Positions 47,769-57,981 of a stretch of DNA of 64,000 bases are shown one piece after another; the first letter of the stretch is position 1; the number at the start of each line of letters is the position of its first letter. Location of the stretch: positions 10,959-74,958 of the forward strand of contig CBFHGJ010000008.1 of assembly GCA_965655315.1 (NCBI GenBank), written 5' to 3'. Origin of the DNA: Bacteroidia bacterium. Its GTDB lineage: Bacteria; Bacteroidota; Bacteroidia; NS11-12g; UBA9320. The translations under genes and the position numbers were made by a program. The notes under the pieces are model-generated. The model had not been told where the DNA came from and made no database searches. It worked only from the letters and a program-made list of their open reading frames with translations.

Positions 47769-50156
47769 ATGAGTACAAGACATATAAAAAAAGTAGCAGT
47801 GTTGGGTTCTGGAGTAATGGGAAGCAGAATTGCTTGCCATTTTGCTAATATCGGACTTGATGTTTTACTATTAGACTTGAAGAACTTTCCAAACTCGAAG
47901 GAGAGTGAACAGGGAATAGATGCCAAAATAGCAACAGGAGCTTTGAAGTCTGCATTAAAAAGTAATCCAAGTCCTATCTACAGTAAGAAGTTTTCAAGCC
48001 GAATTAAGACTGGAAATTTTGACGATGATCTTCATAAAATAAAAGATGCTGATTGGATAATAGAGGTTATCATAGAACGATTAGACCTTAAAATTGAACT
48101 TTTTGATAAAGTAGAGGAGCATCGAAAGCTTGGAACATTAATCACAAGTAACACATCTGGTATTCCAATCGAGATGATGTTGAAAGGCCGAAGTGAAGAT
48201 TTTGCTGCTCATTTTTGCGGAACACACTTCTTTAATCCTCCAAGGTATTTGAAGCTTCTGGAAATTATTCCTTCTACAAAGACTAGCCCAGAGATTGTAG
48301 ACTTTTTCTTAAATTATGGAGATCTTTATTTAGGTAAAACTACTGTAAAGGCGAAAGACACTCCAGCCTTTATTGCAAATAGAATTGGGGTATTTAGCAT
48401 CATGGCAATATTCAAAATGATGCAAAAGCACGGTTTAAGTGTGGAAGCAGTGGATTCTGTAACTGGACCTATTTCTGGAAGACCAAAGTCAGCAACTTTC
48501 AGGACATCTGACTTAGTTGGGCTTGACACATTGGTTAAGGTAGCCAATGGAGTAGGTCAGAATTGTCCTAAGGATGAAATGAAGGATTGGTTTGCAATCC
48601 CTACGTTTTTAGAAAAAATGTTAGAGAACAATTGGCTTGGGGATAAAACAAAGCAAGGGTTTTATAAGAAGTCAAAGGATGCTAATGGCAAAAGAGTAAT
48701 TGAGGCTTTAGATCTTAATTCTCTTGAGTACAAACCAAAAGAGAAACCAAGGTTTGATAGTATTGGCAAGGCTAGAAAGGCCAATAGATTAATAAGCAAA
48801 CTTGGAATTCTTTATGATGGAGGAGACCAAGCTTCAGATTTCTATCAAGATGTGACTACAGCTATTTTAGCTTATTCATCTAATAGAATTCCTGAAATAG
48901 CAGATGACTTATATCAAATAGATGATGCACTAAGAGCTGGTTTCGGTTGGGATGTTGGTCCTTTTGAAACTTGGGATTTGATAGGATTTGATAAGGTACT
49001 CTCTAACATTGAAAAAGCAGGGTATTCAGTGCCACAATGGATTACTGATTTTAAATCAAAAGGCAATTCATTTTTCTACAAATCTGAGGGTGGAGCTCGA
49101 AAATATTACAATATATCCAAAGGTGAGTATGAGGTTGTACCTGGTACAGAAGCATTTGTTGTGTTAGATAATTTTAGATCTCCAGAACCAGTTTATAAAA
49201 ACAAAGAAGCAACACTACACGATATTGGAGATGGTGTTTTATGCCTCGAGTTTCATTCAAAAATGAATGCTATAGGCAGCGGAACATTGTCTGCAATTAA
49301 TAAGTCAATTGAAATAGCAGAAACACAAGGATGGAAGGGATTGGTCATAGGAAATGACGCGCCTAACTTTTCAGCTGGAGCCAACTTAGCAATGATGTTA
49401 ATGCTAGCGATAGAACAGGAGTTTGATGAATTGAATATGGCTATCAAATACTTCCAGAATACTGTAATGCGACTAAGATATAGTGGCGTTCCTGTAGTTA
49501 TGGCTCCACACGGATTGACGCTAGGCGGCGGTTGTGAAATGACACTACATTCAGATGCGGCAGTAGCTTCGGCAGAGACTTATATCGGTCTGGTAGAAGC
49601 TGGTGCTGGATTGATCCCTGGTGGCGGAGGAACCAAAGAATTTGTGGTTCGTGCTAATGATAGCTTCTATACTGGTGACCCACAACTACCTACATTAATA
49701 GAACGCTTTCAGACGATAGCTACGGCAAAAGTTGCTACATCTGGACACGAAGCTTTCGAAATAGGAGTGATGCACCACGACAAAGATGAAGTGGTGGTCA
49801 ATGGATCAAGGGTTTTATCAGAAGCGAAACGAAAAGTTATTGAACTGCACAATGATGGCTACGTTCAAAAACCACAAAGAGATGATATTTTGGTCTTAGG
49901 TAGAACAGCTCTTGGAGCATTGTACTCCGGAGTTGAAGCCTTTGGAATTAGTGCATATGCTAGCGAGCATGACATGCTTATTGGTAGAAAGTTGGCTTTT
50001 GTAATGGCTGGGGGAGATCTAACTCAACCAACTAAAGTTACGGAACAGTACTTATTAAACCTAGAAAGAGAAGCGTTTTTAAGTCTCTTAGGTGAAAGAA
50101 AAACATTAGAAAGAATACAGCACATTTTAAAAACAGGTAAACCACTTAGAAATTAA
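47769..50156 (+). CDS. Bifunctional 3-hydroxyacyl-CoA dehydrogenase / enoyl-CoA hydratase
   Basis: N-terminal Rossmann VAVLGSGVMGSRIA and HFFNPP; C-terminal crotonase fold (FSAGANL, GGGCEM); 795 aa. Confidence 0.9.
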   Translation: MSTRHIKKVAVLGSGVMGSRIACHFANIGLDVLLLDLKNFPNSKESEQGIDAKIATGALKSALKSNPSPIYSKKFSSRIKTGNFDDDLHKIKDADWIIEVIIERLDLKIELFDKVEEHRKLGTLITSNTSGIPIEMMLKGRSEDFAAHFCGTHFFNPPRYLKLLEIIPSTKTSPEIVDFFLNYGDLYLGKTTVKAKDTPAFIANRIGVFSIMAIFKMMQKHGLSVEAVDSVTGPISGRPKSATFRTSDLVGLDTLVKVANGVGQNCPKDEMKDWFAIPTFLEKMLENNWLGDKTKQGFYKKSKDANGKRVIEALDLNSLEYKPKEKPRFDSIGKARKANRLISKLGILYDGGDQASDFYQDVTTAILAYSSNRIPEIADDLYQIDDALRAGFGWDVGPFETWDLIGFDKVLSNIEKAGYSVPQWITDFKSKGNSFFYKSEGGARKYYNISKGEYEVVPGTEAFVVLDNFRSPEPVYKNKEATLHDIGDGVLCLEFHSKMNAIGSGTLSAINKSIEIAETQGWKGLVIGNDAPNFSAGANLAMMLMLAIEQEFDELNMAIKYFQNTVMRLRYSGVPVVMAPHGLTLGGGCEMTLHSDAAVASAETYIGLVEAGAGLIPGGGGTKEFVVRANDSFYTGDPQLPTLIERFQTIATAKVATSGHEAFEIGVMHHDKDEVVVNGSRVLSEAKRKVIELHNDGYVQKPQRDDILVLGRTALGALYSGVEAFGISAYASEHDMLIGRKLAFVMAGGDLTQPTKVTEQYLLNLEREAFLSLLGERKTLERIQHILKTGKPLRN

Positions 50157-50160
50157 AAAA

Positions 50161-51342
50161 ATGGCAGAAGCATATATAGTAAATGGGTATAGAACGGCAG
50201 TAGGTAAAGCAAATCGTGGAGGATTTAGGTTTACCAGTCCAGTGGATCTAGGAGCAGCAGTAATCGACCACTTAATTGATAACACTCCAGGATTTGATCC
50301 AAGTACGGTAGAGGATATTATAGTAGGTAATGCGGTACCAGAAGCTGAGCAGGGATTACAAATGGGCAGATGGGTTGGTGTAAGAAGTAAACTGCCTCTA
50401 GAAGTTCCTGGCGTCTCAGTAAACAGATATTGTGGCAGTGGAATAGAGACCATCTCTATGGCTGTAGCCAAGATTAAAGCTGGATTAGCAGATTGTCTTA
50501 TAGCAGGAGGAACTGAGAGTATGAGTTTAGTCCCTACTGTGGGTTATAAAACCGTACCAAACTATACTATTGCTGCAGAGCATCCAGATTACTTCCTAGG
50601 TATGGGACTAACTGCAGAAGAGGTAGCTACTAAGTACGAAATCAGTCGAGAAGATCAAGATGCATTTGCACTCGGTTCGCACCAAAAAGCATTAAAAGCT
50701 CTTGCTGAAGATAAGTTTAAAAATCAGATAGTCCCTTTCGAGGTCGAGCAAGTCGATTTTGATCCTAAGACTAATAAAAGAGTAAAGTCTAGTTATGTAG
50801 TTGATACAGATGAAGGTCCCAGAGCAGATACTACACTAGAAGCACTAGCACGACTGAGACCAGCTTTCAAAAATGGAGGATCTGTGACCGCAGGAAATAG
50901 TTCACAGACTAGCGATGGTGCCAGTTTTGTACTAGTGATGAGTGAAAAAATGGTAAAGGATCTCGGTCTAGAGCCTAAAGCCAGACTAGTAAGTAGCGTT
51001 TCTGTGGGTGTAAGTCCACGTTATATGGGAATAGGTCCTATGGGAGCAGTTCCTAAAGCCTTGAGTAAAGCTGGGTTGAAACTTAGTGATATAGATCAAA
51101 TTGAGTTGAACGAGGCATTTGCATCCCAAAGTTTGGCCGTAATGCGAGGGTTAGACTTGAATCCAGACATTGTGAATGTAAATGGTGGAGCCATAAGTTT
51201 AGGTCACCCACTAGGGTGCACAGGAGCAAAACTTACAGTGCAGATATTAGAAGAAATGAAACTTAGAAATCAGAAATACGGGATGGTTACCGCTTGTATT
51301 GGAGGAGGACAAGGAATAGCAGCAATTTTAGAAAGATTATAA
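50161..51342 (+). CDS. Acetyl-CoA C-acyltransferase (3-ketoacyl-CoA thiolase)
   Basis: Active-site NRYCGSGIETI, NEAFA, GHPLGCTGA and CIGGGQG motifs; 393 aa. Confidence 0.9.
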   Translation: MAEAYIVNGYRTAVGKANRGGFRFTSPVDLGAAVIDHLIDNTPGFDPSTVEDIIVGNAVPEAEQGLQMGRWVGVRSKLPLEVPGVSVNRYCGSGIETISMAVAKIKAGLADCLIAGGTESMSLVPTVGYKTVPNYTIAAEHPDYFLGMGLTAEEVATKYEISREDQDAFALGSHQKALKALAEDKFKNQIVPFEVEQVDFDPKTNKRVKSSYVVDTDEGPRADTTLEALARLRPAFKNGGSVTAGNSSQTSDGASFVLVMSEKMVKDLGLEPKARLVSSVSVGVSPRYMGIGPMGAVPKALSKAGLKLSDIDQIELNEAFASQSLAVMRGLDLNPDIVNVNGGAISLGHPLGCTGAKLTVQILEEMKLRNQKYGMVTACIGGGQGIAAILERL

Positions 51343-51352
51343 AGGATAAAAA

Positions 51353-53134
51353 ATGAGTAAGAATAATTTAAAAGGAGGAGAATTCCTGATTAAGGAACAA
51401 GACGCAAATAGCACATTTATCCCAGAAGAGATAAATGAGGAACAGAAGATGTTTCGAGAAATGACGCAAGACTTTTTGGAAAAAGAAGTAAATCCTTTGC
51501 GTGAGAAAATCGATAAACAGTCTGAGAATCCTCATCTAATCCCGGAACTAATGGAAAAAGCTTCAGCATTAGGCATGCTTGGAGCTGCTCTACCAGAAGA
51601 GTATGGTGGTATGTCTGTAGATTTCAATACCGAAACTGTCCTCAGTGAAGAACTAGGAAAGAGCCAGAGTTTTAGTGTGGCTCTTGCTGCACATATGGGA
51701 ATAGGTACACTTCCTATATTGTATTATGGTACAGAAGAACAAAAGAAAAAGTACCTTCCAGGCTTAGGGGATGGCAGTATTAAGGCTGCGTACTGTCTTA
51801 CAGAACCCGATAGTGGTAGTGATGCTCTTGCAGCAAAAACTAAGGCAGTTTTGGATGGTGATGAGTGGGTCATTAACGGAGGAAAAATGTGGATTACAAA
51901 CGCTGGTTTTGCAGATTTATTCACAGTATTTGCTCAGGTAGATGGAGATAAATTCACAGGATTTTTGGTAGAGAAAGGTACACCCGGATTAAGTCTTGGA
52001 GACGAAGAGGTGAAACTTGGAATTAAAGGAAGTAGCACAAGACAAGTCTTTTTAGAAGACGTTCGTGTACCAAAAGATAATCTTCTAGGTGAGATCGGGA
52101 AAGGACATAAAATTGCCTTTAATGTACTTAACATAGGAAGGTACAAACTGTGTGCTATGGTAATGGGTGGAAGTAAAAAAAGCATCGATGTAGCAACGAA
52201 CTATGCCAACGAGCGGCACCAATTTAGAGTGCCAATAAGCAGTTTTGGAGCTATACAGCATAAACTAGCGGAGATGGCAATAAGAACTTATGCTACAGAT
52301 AGTGCTACCTACAGGGTATCGGACCTAATTCAAGACAAAATTGCGGATTTAGTAGAAGAAGGCAAAACAAAAGTAGAGGGTAAATTAATCGCGGCAGAAG
52401 AGTATAATATTGAGTGTGCCATACTTAAAGTATTAGGTTCAGAAACGTTGGACTATGTAGTTGATGAGGCAGTTCAGATTTTTGGAGGTACAGGATACAG
52501 TGAAGAATTCCCTGTGGCTAGTATGTATCGAGATGCTAGAATCAATAGAATTTTCGAAGGTACGAATGAAATCAATCGTATGCTCGCTGTTGGTCAGATG
52601 ATGAAAAAGGCTCTTAAAGGTGAATTAGATTTGATGGGTCCGGCAATGAAAATTCAAGAAGAATTGATGGAAATCCCGGACTTTGGTGATGAAGGAGATG
52701 GTAGTGCTTTATACGAGGAAAAGAAAGCTGTTCGTCAAGCAAAGAAGGCAATACTAATGGCTGCAGGTGCTGCAGCTCAGAAATACATGATGGAGTTGGA
52801 GAAGCAGCAAGAGATTCTTATTAATTTGGCGGATATGGCCATTGATGTCTTTACTGCAGAGAGCACAGTGCTTAGAACAGAAAAACTTATAGCACAGCAA
52901 GGAGAAGAAGCTACAGCTCATCAAATAGCAATGACCAAATGCTACGTGCACGATGCAATGGAGCGTACCTATCTAGCCGGGAAGCACGCCATAGCTGGGT
53001 TTGCTAAGGATGATATGCTAGTAATGATGCATATGGGAGTGAAGCGATTCACAAAGTATCCTATGATCAATATTATAGCATTGAGAAAACAGATAGCAGG
53101 TAAGCTTATCGAAGAAAATAAATACTGCTTTTAA
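51353..53134 (+). CDS. Long-form acyl-CoA dehydrogenase
   Basis: CLTEPDSGSDA, WITNAG and IFEGTNEINR motifs, plus a C-terminal helical extension; 593 aa. Confidence 0.9.
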   Translation: MSKNNLKGGEFLIKEQDANSTFIPEEINEEQKMFREMTQDFLEKEVNPLREKIDKQSENPHLIPELMEKASALGMLGAALPEEYGGMSVDFNTETVLSEELGKSQSFSVALAAHMGIGTLPILYYGTEEQKKKYLPGLGDGSIKAAYCLTEPDSGSDALAAKTKAVLDGDEWVINGGKMWITNAGFADLFTVFAQVDGDKFTGFLVEKGTPGLSLGDEEVKLGIKGSSTRQVFLEDVRVPKDNLLGEIGKGHKIAFNVLNIGRYKLCAMVMGGSKKSIDVATNYANERHQFRVPISSFGAIQHKLAEMAIRTYATDSATYRVSDLIQDKIADLVEEGKTKVEGKLIAAEEYNIECAILKVLGSETLDYVVDEAVQIFGGTGYSEEFPVASMYRDARINRIFEGTNEINRMLAVGQMMKKALKGELDLMGPAMKIQEELMEIPDFGDEGDGSALYEEKKAVRQAKKAILMAAGAAAQKYMMELEKQQEILINLADMAIDVFTAESTVLRTEKLIAQQGEEATAHQIAMTKCYVHDAMERTYLAGKHAIAGFAKDDMLVMMHMGVKRFTKYPMINIIALRKQIAGKLIEENKYCF

Positions 53135-53150
53135 GTAGGTATCTGTTGTT

Positions 53151-53232
53151 TCTCGATACAATTTTGTCATTTCGAGTTTTTCGCAATCTGCTAAAAGTAT
53201 CGAGAGGTGCACAAAATCACTCGAATTGACAA
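53151..53232. repeat. Intergenic palindromic (REP-like) element with two interleaved stems
   Basis: Stem A: tctcgatac (53151-59) with gtatcgaga (53198-206), 9/9. Stem B: ttgtcatttcgagt (53164-77) with actcgaattgacaa (53219-32), 13/14. The arms are ordered A5'-B5'-A3'-B3'. Confidence 0.45.
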
Positions 53233-53291
53233 AGTATAAAAATTTCAGTTTTAAGTTATAGTTAATGAAGAGAGCGAGCCGAAAGGCGTAG

Positions 53292-53317
53292 ATGAAAATA
53301 CGACTAATGTCGTATGC
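53292..53317 (-). terminator. Rho-independent terminator of the FKBP gene
   Basis: On the minus strand, atacgac-atta-gtcgtat is followed by tttc. It lies 25 nt past the stop at 53341. Confidence 0.6.
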
Positions 53318-53340
53318 CTAAAAACTCTGTATGGTTTGAC

Positions 53341-54012
53341 TTATTGGACTATTTCTAATAGTTCAATCGTAAAAATAAGAGCAGCATAAGGGGGGATGTT
53401 GGCTCCAGCACCTCTAGCCCCATAGGCTAATTCTTGAGGGATGTATAGCTCCCATTTGCTGCCTACTGGCATCAGCTTCAATGCTTCTGTCCAGCCAGCT
53501 ATTACCTGATTTACTCCGAAAGTAGCTGGTTGACCTCGGTCGTAGCTACTGTCGAATTTCTTACCATTTATAAGAGTTCCTTGATAATGCGTTTTTACTT
53601 TTTGACCGTCTACTGGTATAGCTCCCGTACCCTGCTTTATAATCTTGTATTGGAGTCCGCTAGGAGTTGACTTTACTCCAGCTTTTGTAGCGTTTTCTGA
53701 CAAGAACGCAATACCATCTGCACTGGCTTCAGCTACTTTAGCCGCTTGAGCTTTTTTTACATACCCATTTACTATCTCCTGAGATATGGCTGCATCCATT
53801 TTTACATGATTATATTCCAATACATCTTTCACCGCTTCTATGAATAAGGTGTAGTTCATAGAATCTATTCCCCCATTTTTTAGGCTGTTGGCGATATTCA
53901 TACCTACTGAGTAGGATACGCTATCTAGCTCGTTTTGCATAGGAGAATGTATGTGTTGCGCGTTAACTATAACAGGAAAAGAAAGAAAAAAGGATAGGAC
54001 TATATTTTTCAT
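53341..54012 (-). CDS. FKBP-type peptidyl-prolyl cis-trans isomerase (FkpA/Mip-like), secreted
   Basis: Signal peptide from the ATG at 54012 (MKNIVLSFFLSFPVIVNAQ). C-terminal VKTHYQGTLINGKKFDSSYDRGQPATFGVNQVIAGWTEAL is the FKBP domain. Confidence 0.85.
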   Translation of the reverse strand: MKNIVLSFFLSFPVIVNAQHIHSPMQNELDSVSYSVGMNIANSLKNGGIDSMNYTLFIEAVKDVLEYNHVKMDAAISQEIVNGYVKKAQAAKVAEASADGIAFLSENATKAGVKSTPSGLQYKIIKQGTGAIPVDGQKVKTHYQGTLINGKKFDSSYDRGQPATFGVNQVIAGWTEALKLMPVGSKWELYIPQELAYGARGAGANIPPYAALIFTIELLEIVQ

Positions 54013-54059
54013 GGGTTGCAAAGGTAATGACAGTTTTAAAAATGATTCTTGAATTCTAA

Positions 54060-55106
54060 CTATAATCCTGCTCGTTGGAACATTCGGTTGTCAAACACTT
54101 TAATCAAAGCAGCCGCAGAATAGGTACTGCCGATACAGTTTTTTGAAACGTCTGTGTCTGCCCCTTCAAATATAGATTTAGGATTCGTAGCATATGGATA
54201 AGGATATTCTACATTCATTAATTTATTATCAAGTAAAAATATACCAACAGACTCAGGGTCACCAGTGCTTGCGTAGTGGGTTCCGATAAGAGCAAAAAGC
54301 AATATATTTTTCTGTTTTTGAACTTTTTCCATCTCCTCTGCCTTTATGACTTTAAATGCAGAGTAGGTATAATTACTCCTAAGCAGTATTTCTAGTTCAG
54401 CGTCGTTAAAATCAGTGGGACACGATTTATTTACGAAGTATAATGTGTCGTAAGCAAGATTTCGCATAGTTTCAAACGCGTAATCAGCATATGTTTTTTC
54501 CTTCTTTTCTAAAAAACTGATGTTGTATTTAAACCTAATATTATGAAGTCCCCCATCAAAGAATGGACCAGCATCTTTATTATTTAGTATATACTCATAT
54601 CCAATTTCAAGGGAAGATTTTTGTTCGGAGTTGAAGTCAATTCCTGCATAGATTCCTGCGGGGAATGGGTTATTCATATCTCCAACTAGGTTTTCTCCTT
54701 GAATGAGCATAGAACCTGCATCTAATATATTTGGTTTATGTGACAGTAGCATATTCTGTTTGTATTGGAGTACAAAACTTGCATTTTGCAATTCAGGGAT
54801 TTTTATCCTTGAACCAAAACTTAAGAATCCATTGATTTGAGTGAATTGGTTCAGAGGGTTCTCTCTTTGATAGCGAAGAAAATTACCTCCTATATTTACG
54901 TCAAGGAGATATTTTTCTTGAACGATAGTATTCAAAAATCCAGATAGTCCGAAACCAATATCCGAAACATATTCCCCTGAAGGGGTGGATAACAGGAATT
55001 CTGGACTAACACCAAATCTTTTGATTCTGGTTTCAGAGCCAATATAGTATTGACCAAATATATTAGTCGTAAAAAGGGCGAAGTAAAATACAACGATCAG
55101 CCTCAT
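54060..55106 (-). CDS. Hypothetical secreted protein with a beta-barrel-like N-terminal half and a distinct C-terminal domain
   Basis: The ATG at 55106 gives signal peptide MRLIVVFYFALFTTNIFGQ. I recognised no family motif. Confidence 0.5.
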   Translation of the reverse strand: MRLIVVFYFALFTTNIFGQYYIGSETRIKRFGVSPEFLLSTPSGEYVSDIGFGLSGFLNTIVQEKYLLDVNIGGNFLRYQRENPLNQFTQINGFLSFGSRIKIPELQNASFVLQYKQNMLLSHKPNILDAGSMLIQGENLVGDMNNPFPAGIYAGIDFNSEQKSSLEIGYEYILNNKDAGPFFDGGLHNIRFKYNISFLEKKEKTYADYAFETMRNLAYDTLYFVNKSCPTDFNDAELEILLRSNYTYSAFKVIKAEEMEKVQKQKNILLFALIGTHYASTGDPESVGIFLLDNKLMNVEYPYPYATNPKSIFEGADTDVSKNCIGSTYSAAALIKVFDNRMFQRAGL

Positions 55107-55299
55107 GTTCAGATTCAAAAGTAATTCAAATTTTTATTGGAATTAGGCTCAGTATTTCCATTTGCTGTCATCTATTTTAAGACCGGTGTCGCTTTTTGGA
55201 CAAGTGGTATATATTTCTAAATTTGCCTACGGAATCTAATATAGTATTAGAGGGGAGGGAGTTTTAGGTAAACATTGCAAACAATTAATTTTTTAACGA

Positions 55300-56391
55300 A
55301 TGAGAAAGTATAATATAGTCGGAGTAATGTCTGGTACCTCAATGGACGGTCTAGATATAGCTCACGTAACCTTGGAAGAGGTAAGTGAAGGGAAATGGGG
55401 ATACCAGATAAATGCTGGTACAACGGTGAATTATGGCGAAAAATGGAGGCTGCGTCTTTCAAAACTGAGACACCAAAATTCTATTATTTTTCATAAAACA
55501 GATAGATTTTACGGGCAATTTATAGGAGAGCACGTTAAAGCGTTTTTGACAGAGAATAGTCTTGAAGCAGATCTAATAGCTTCCCATGGACATACAGTAT
55601 TTCACCAGCCGGAGAATAATATCACGGTACAGGTGGGAGATGGCAATAGTATTTATGGATATACAGGTATACCTACTGTTACAAATTTCAGAGCACTAGA
55701 CGTAATACTAGGTGGAGAAGGTGCTCCTCTTGTTGGGATAGCTGATCAAATGATGTTTGGAGAGTTTGCTTTATGTCTCAACTTAGGTGGTTTTGCAAAT
55801 ATCTCAGCTGATATAAACGGTACACGAGTTGCCTATGATGTAGCTCCTTGTAATATCATACTCAATAGAATTGCACGTGAATTTGGTCAGGAATATGATG
55901 AAGATGGGGAAATAGCTGAAAAAGGTGCAATTGATTACGATCTTCTTACTGATTTGAACGAGATTGACTATTACACTTATGAACCACCAAAGTCACTCGG
56001 AAGAGAATGGATAAGTGCAAGTTTTTGGAGCCACGTGAGAAATAGTGTAGCCAAAAAAGAGGATAAAATGAAAACTCTTGTAGATCATATAGCTCAGCAG
56101 ATAGGAAATAATATAGAAGATTTATGTAGCGGAGATGCAAGCGGTAAACGAGTATTTATAACTGGAGGAGGTGCATTTAATAAGACTTTAATCTCTCATA
56201 TTACTTCGCATACAGACGCTGAAGTTGTAGTTCCAGATGAAAATATGGTAAACTATAAGGAAGCATTGGCCTTTGCTCTATTGGGTATACTTAGAGTACA
56301 GAATAAAACGAATGTTCACAAATCAGCAACGGGAGCATCAGAAGATACAGTTTCTGGTAGTTTATATGGCGATTTTAGCAAACTAGTATAA
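55300..56391 (+). CDS. anmK: Anhydro-N-acetylmuramic acid kinase
   Basis: N-terminal GVMSGTSMDGLDIA, later GGEGAPLV and ITGGGAFN; 363 aa. Confidence 0.85.
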   Translation: MRKYNIVGVMSGTSMDGLDIAHVTLEEVSEGKWGYQINAGTTVNYGEKWRLRLSKLRHQNSIIFHKTDRFYGQFIGEHVKAFLTENSLEADLIASHGHTVFHQPENNITVQVGDGNSIYGYTGIPTVTNFRALDVILGGEGAPLVGIADQMMFGEFALCLNLGGFANISADINGTRVAYDVAPCNIILNRIAREFGQEYDEDGEIAEKGAIDYDLLTDLNEIDYYTYEPPKSLGREWISASFWSHVRNSVAKKEDKMKTLVDHIAQQIGNNIEDLCSGDASGKRVFITGGGAFNKTLISHITSHTDAEVVVPDENMVNYKEALAFALLGILRVQNKTNVHKSATGASEDTVSGSLYGDFSKLV

Positions 56392-57671
56392 TGGAAGAAC
56401 TTTTAAAGAAATTTGAGAATAAGCGTCCTGAGATTGTATTTGAGTGGAAGGACTCAGAGACAGAAGCAGAAGGATGGGTAGTAATAAACTCACTTAGAAA
56501 TGGTGCTGCTGGGGGAGGAACCCGCATGCGTAAAGGCTTAGACAAGCGTGAAGTGGAATCTCTTGCCAAAACCATGGAAGTTAAATTTACAGTTGCAGGA
56601 CCGCCTATAGGTGGAGCTAAATCTGGTATCAACTTTGACCCATCTGACCTGCGTAAAGAGGGTGTACTCAGAAGGTGGTATGCTGCGGTAATGCCTATGC
56701 TGCGAAACTATTACGGAACCGGTGGAGATATGAACGTAGATCAATATGGAGAAGTAATTCCATATACTGCGGACTTAGGTGTGCTTCACCCACAAGAAGG
56801 TGTAGTACAGGGCTACTACAAAAACTATAGTAAAGTAGATAAGTTACAAGCCATAACTAGACTGCAGAGTGGGGTATTATTACCAATTGTAGATGAGCGA
56901 TTTACTCCTGATGTCACAAAGAAATACAACGTTTCTGATATGATTACTGGTTGGGGAGTAAGCGAAGGAGTTCGACATTTCTACGAACTCTGGGGTGGCA
57001 CTATGAACCATAAAACTGCAATCATACAAGGTTGGGGTAACGTGAGTGGAGCAGCTGCCTTTTATCTTGCAAAGCACGGAGTGAAAATAGTTGGTATAAT
57101 AGATAAAGACGGGGGACTGATAAATAAGGAGGGTTTCACTCTCGAGGAGGTGACGTCTATGTTTGTAAATCGAAATGGGAACAAACTAAATGCTGAACTT
57201 CTTGGATTTATGTCTTTTACTGATGTGAACTCGCAAATTTGGGATTTGGGAGCTGAGATATTCATCCCAGGAGCAGGAAGCAGACTAGTGACTAAAGATC
57301 AAGTAACAAGTTTGATTGATGGACAGTGTGAAGTAATTAGTTGCGGAGCAAATGTACCGTTTGCAGATCCTGAGATTTTCATGGGAGAAATATCTATGTA
57401 TGCAGATGCTAATATTGCTGTAGTACCAGATTTCATTGCCAATTGTGGAATGGCACGTACGTTCGGATTCTTGATGAGTGAAAAAGGGGAAGTTGATGAT
57501 GTTGCAATATTGAAAGATTCCTCTGAAATCATAGGAAATATGATGAGACGCCTTCATCAGTTCAATCCAAGGACTACTGGTCTGAGCAGAAAAGCTCTAG
57601 AAATGAGTCTTACAGATTTAGTAGATACTGGGGATACCAGTCATAGAAGCGGAGTAGGCGGAATGGCTTAG
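56391..57671 (+). CDS. Glu/Leu/Phe/Val dehydrogenase-family amino-acid dehydrogenase
   Basis: GGTRM, catalytic-Lys region GPPIGGAKSGINFDP and Rossmann IQGWGNVSGAAA. The start overlaps the anmK stop (TAATG). Confidence 0.8.
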   Translation: MEELLKKFENKRPEIVFEWKDSETEAEGWVVINSLRNGAAGGGTRMRKGLDKREVESLAKTMEVKFTVAGPPIGGAKSGINFDPSDLRKEGVLRRWYAAVMPMLRNYYGTGGDMNVDQYGEVIPYTADLGVLHPQEGVVQGYYKNYSKVDKLQAITRLQSGVLLPIVDERFTPDVTKKYNVSDMITGWGVSEGVRHFYELWGGTMNHKTAIIQGWGNVSGAAAFYLAKHGVKIVGIIDKDGGLINKEGFTLEEVTSMFVNRNGNKLNAELLGFMSFTDVNSQIWDLGAEIFIPGAGSRLVTKDQVTSLIDGQCEVISCGANVPFADPEIFMGEISMYADANIAVVPDFIANCGMARTFGFLMSEKGEVDDVAILKDSSEIIGNMMRRLHQFNPRTTGLSRKALEMSLTDLVDTGDTSHRSGVGGMA

Positions 57672-57710
57672 GCTAGTTTCTTGATTGGCTAGTATGCTAG
57701 TTGATATATG

Positions 57711-57747
57711 AAAGGAGGCTTGCATTCGCAAGCCTCCTTTTTATTTT
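57711..57747. terminator. Strong rho-independent terminator, usable from both strands
   Basis: aaaggaggcttgc-attc-gcaagcctccttt is a perfect 13-bp stem followed by ttattttaa. Confidence 0.85.
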
Positions 57748-57981
57748 AAGCAGAATTCCTGCTTGCATTAATATTGCCATACAATGACCGAGTGATTATT
57801 TTCTCATAGTCACTGATTAAATTTAGAATCCCACTTTACTTTGAGTTTTCACCCCTAGTGGGTGCAGGTCTACTGCCTTTCTAGCATAATTTCGAGCTTG
57901 ATTATTATTATTCATTCGCTCAGTATAGATGGCTAGATTATGATAGAGCATTGCTTTTTTCTTTGCTCTTTCTTCGCTGTT

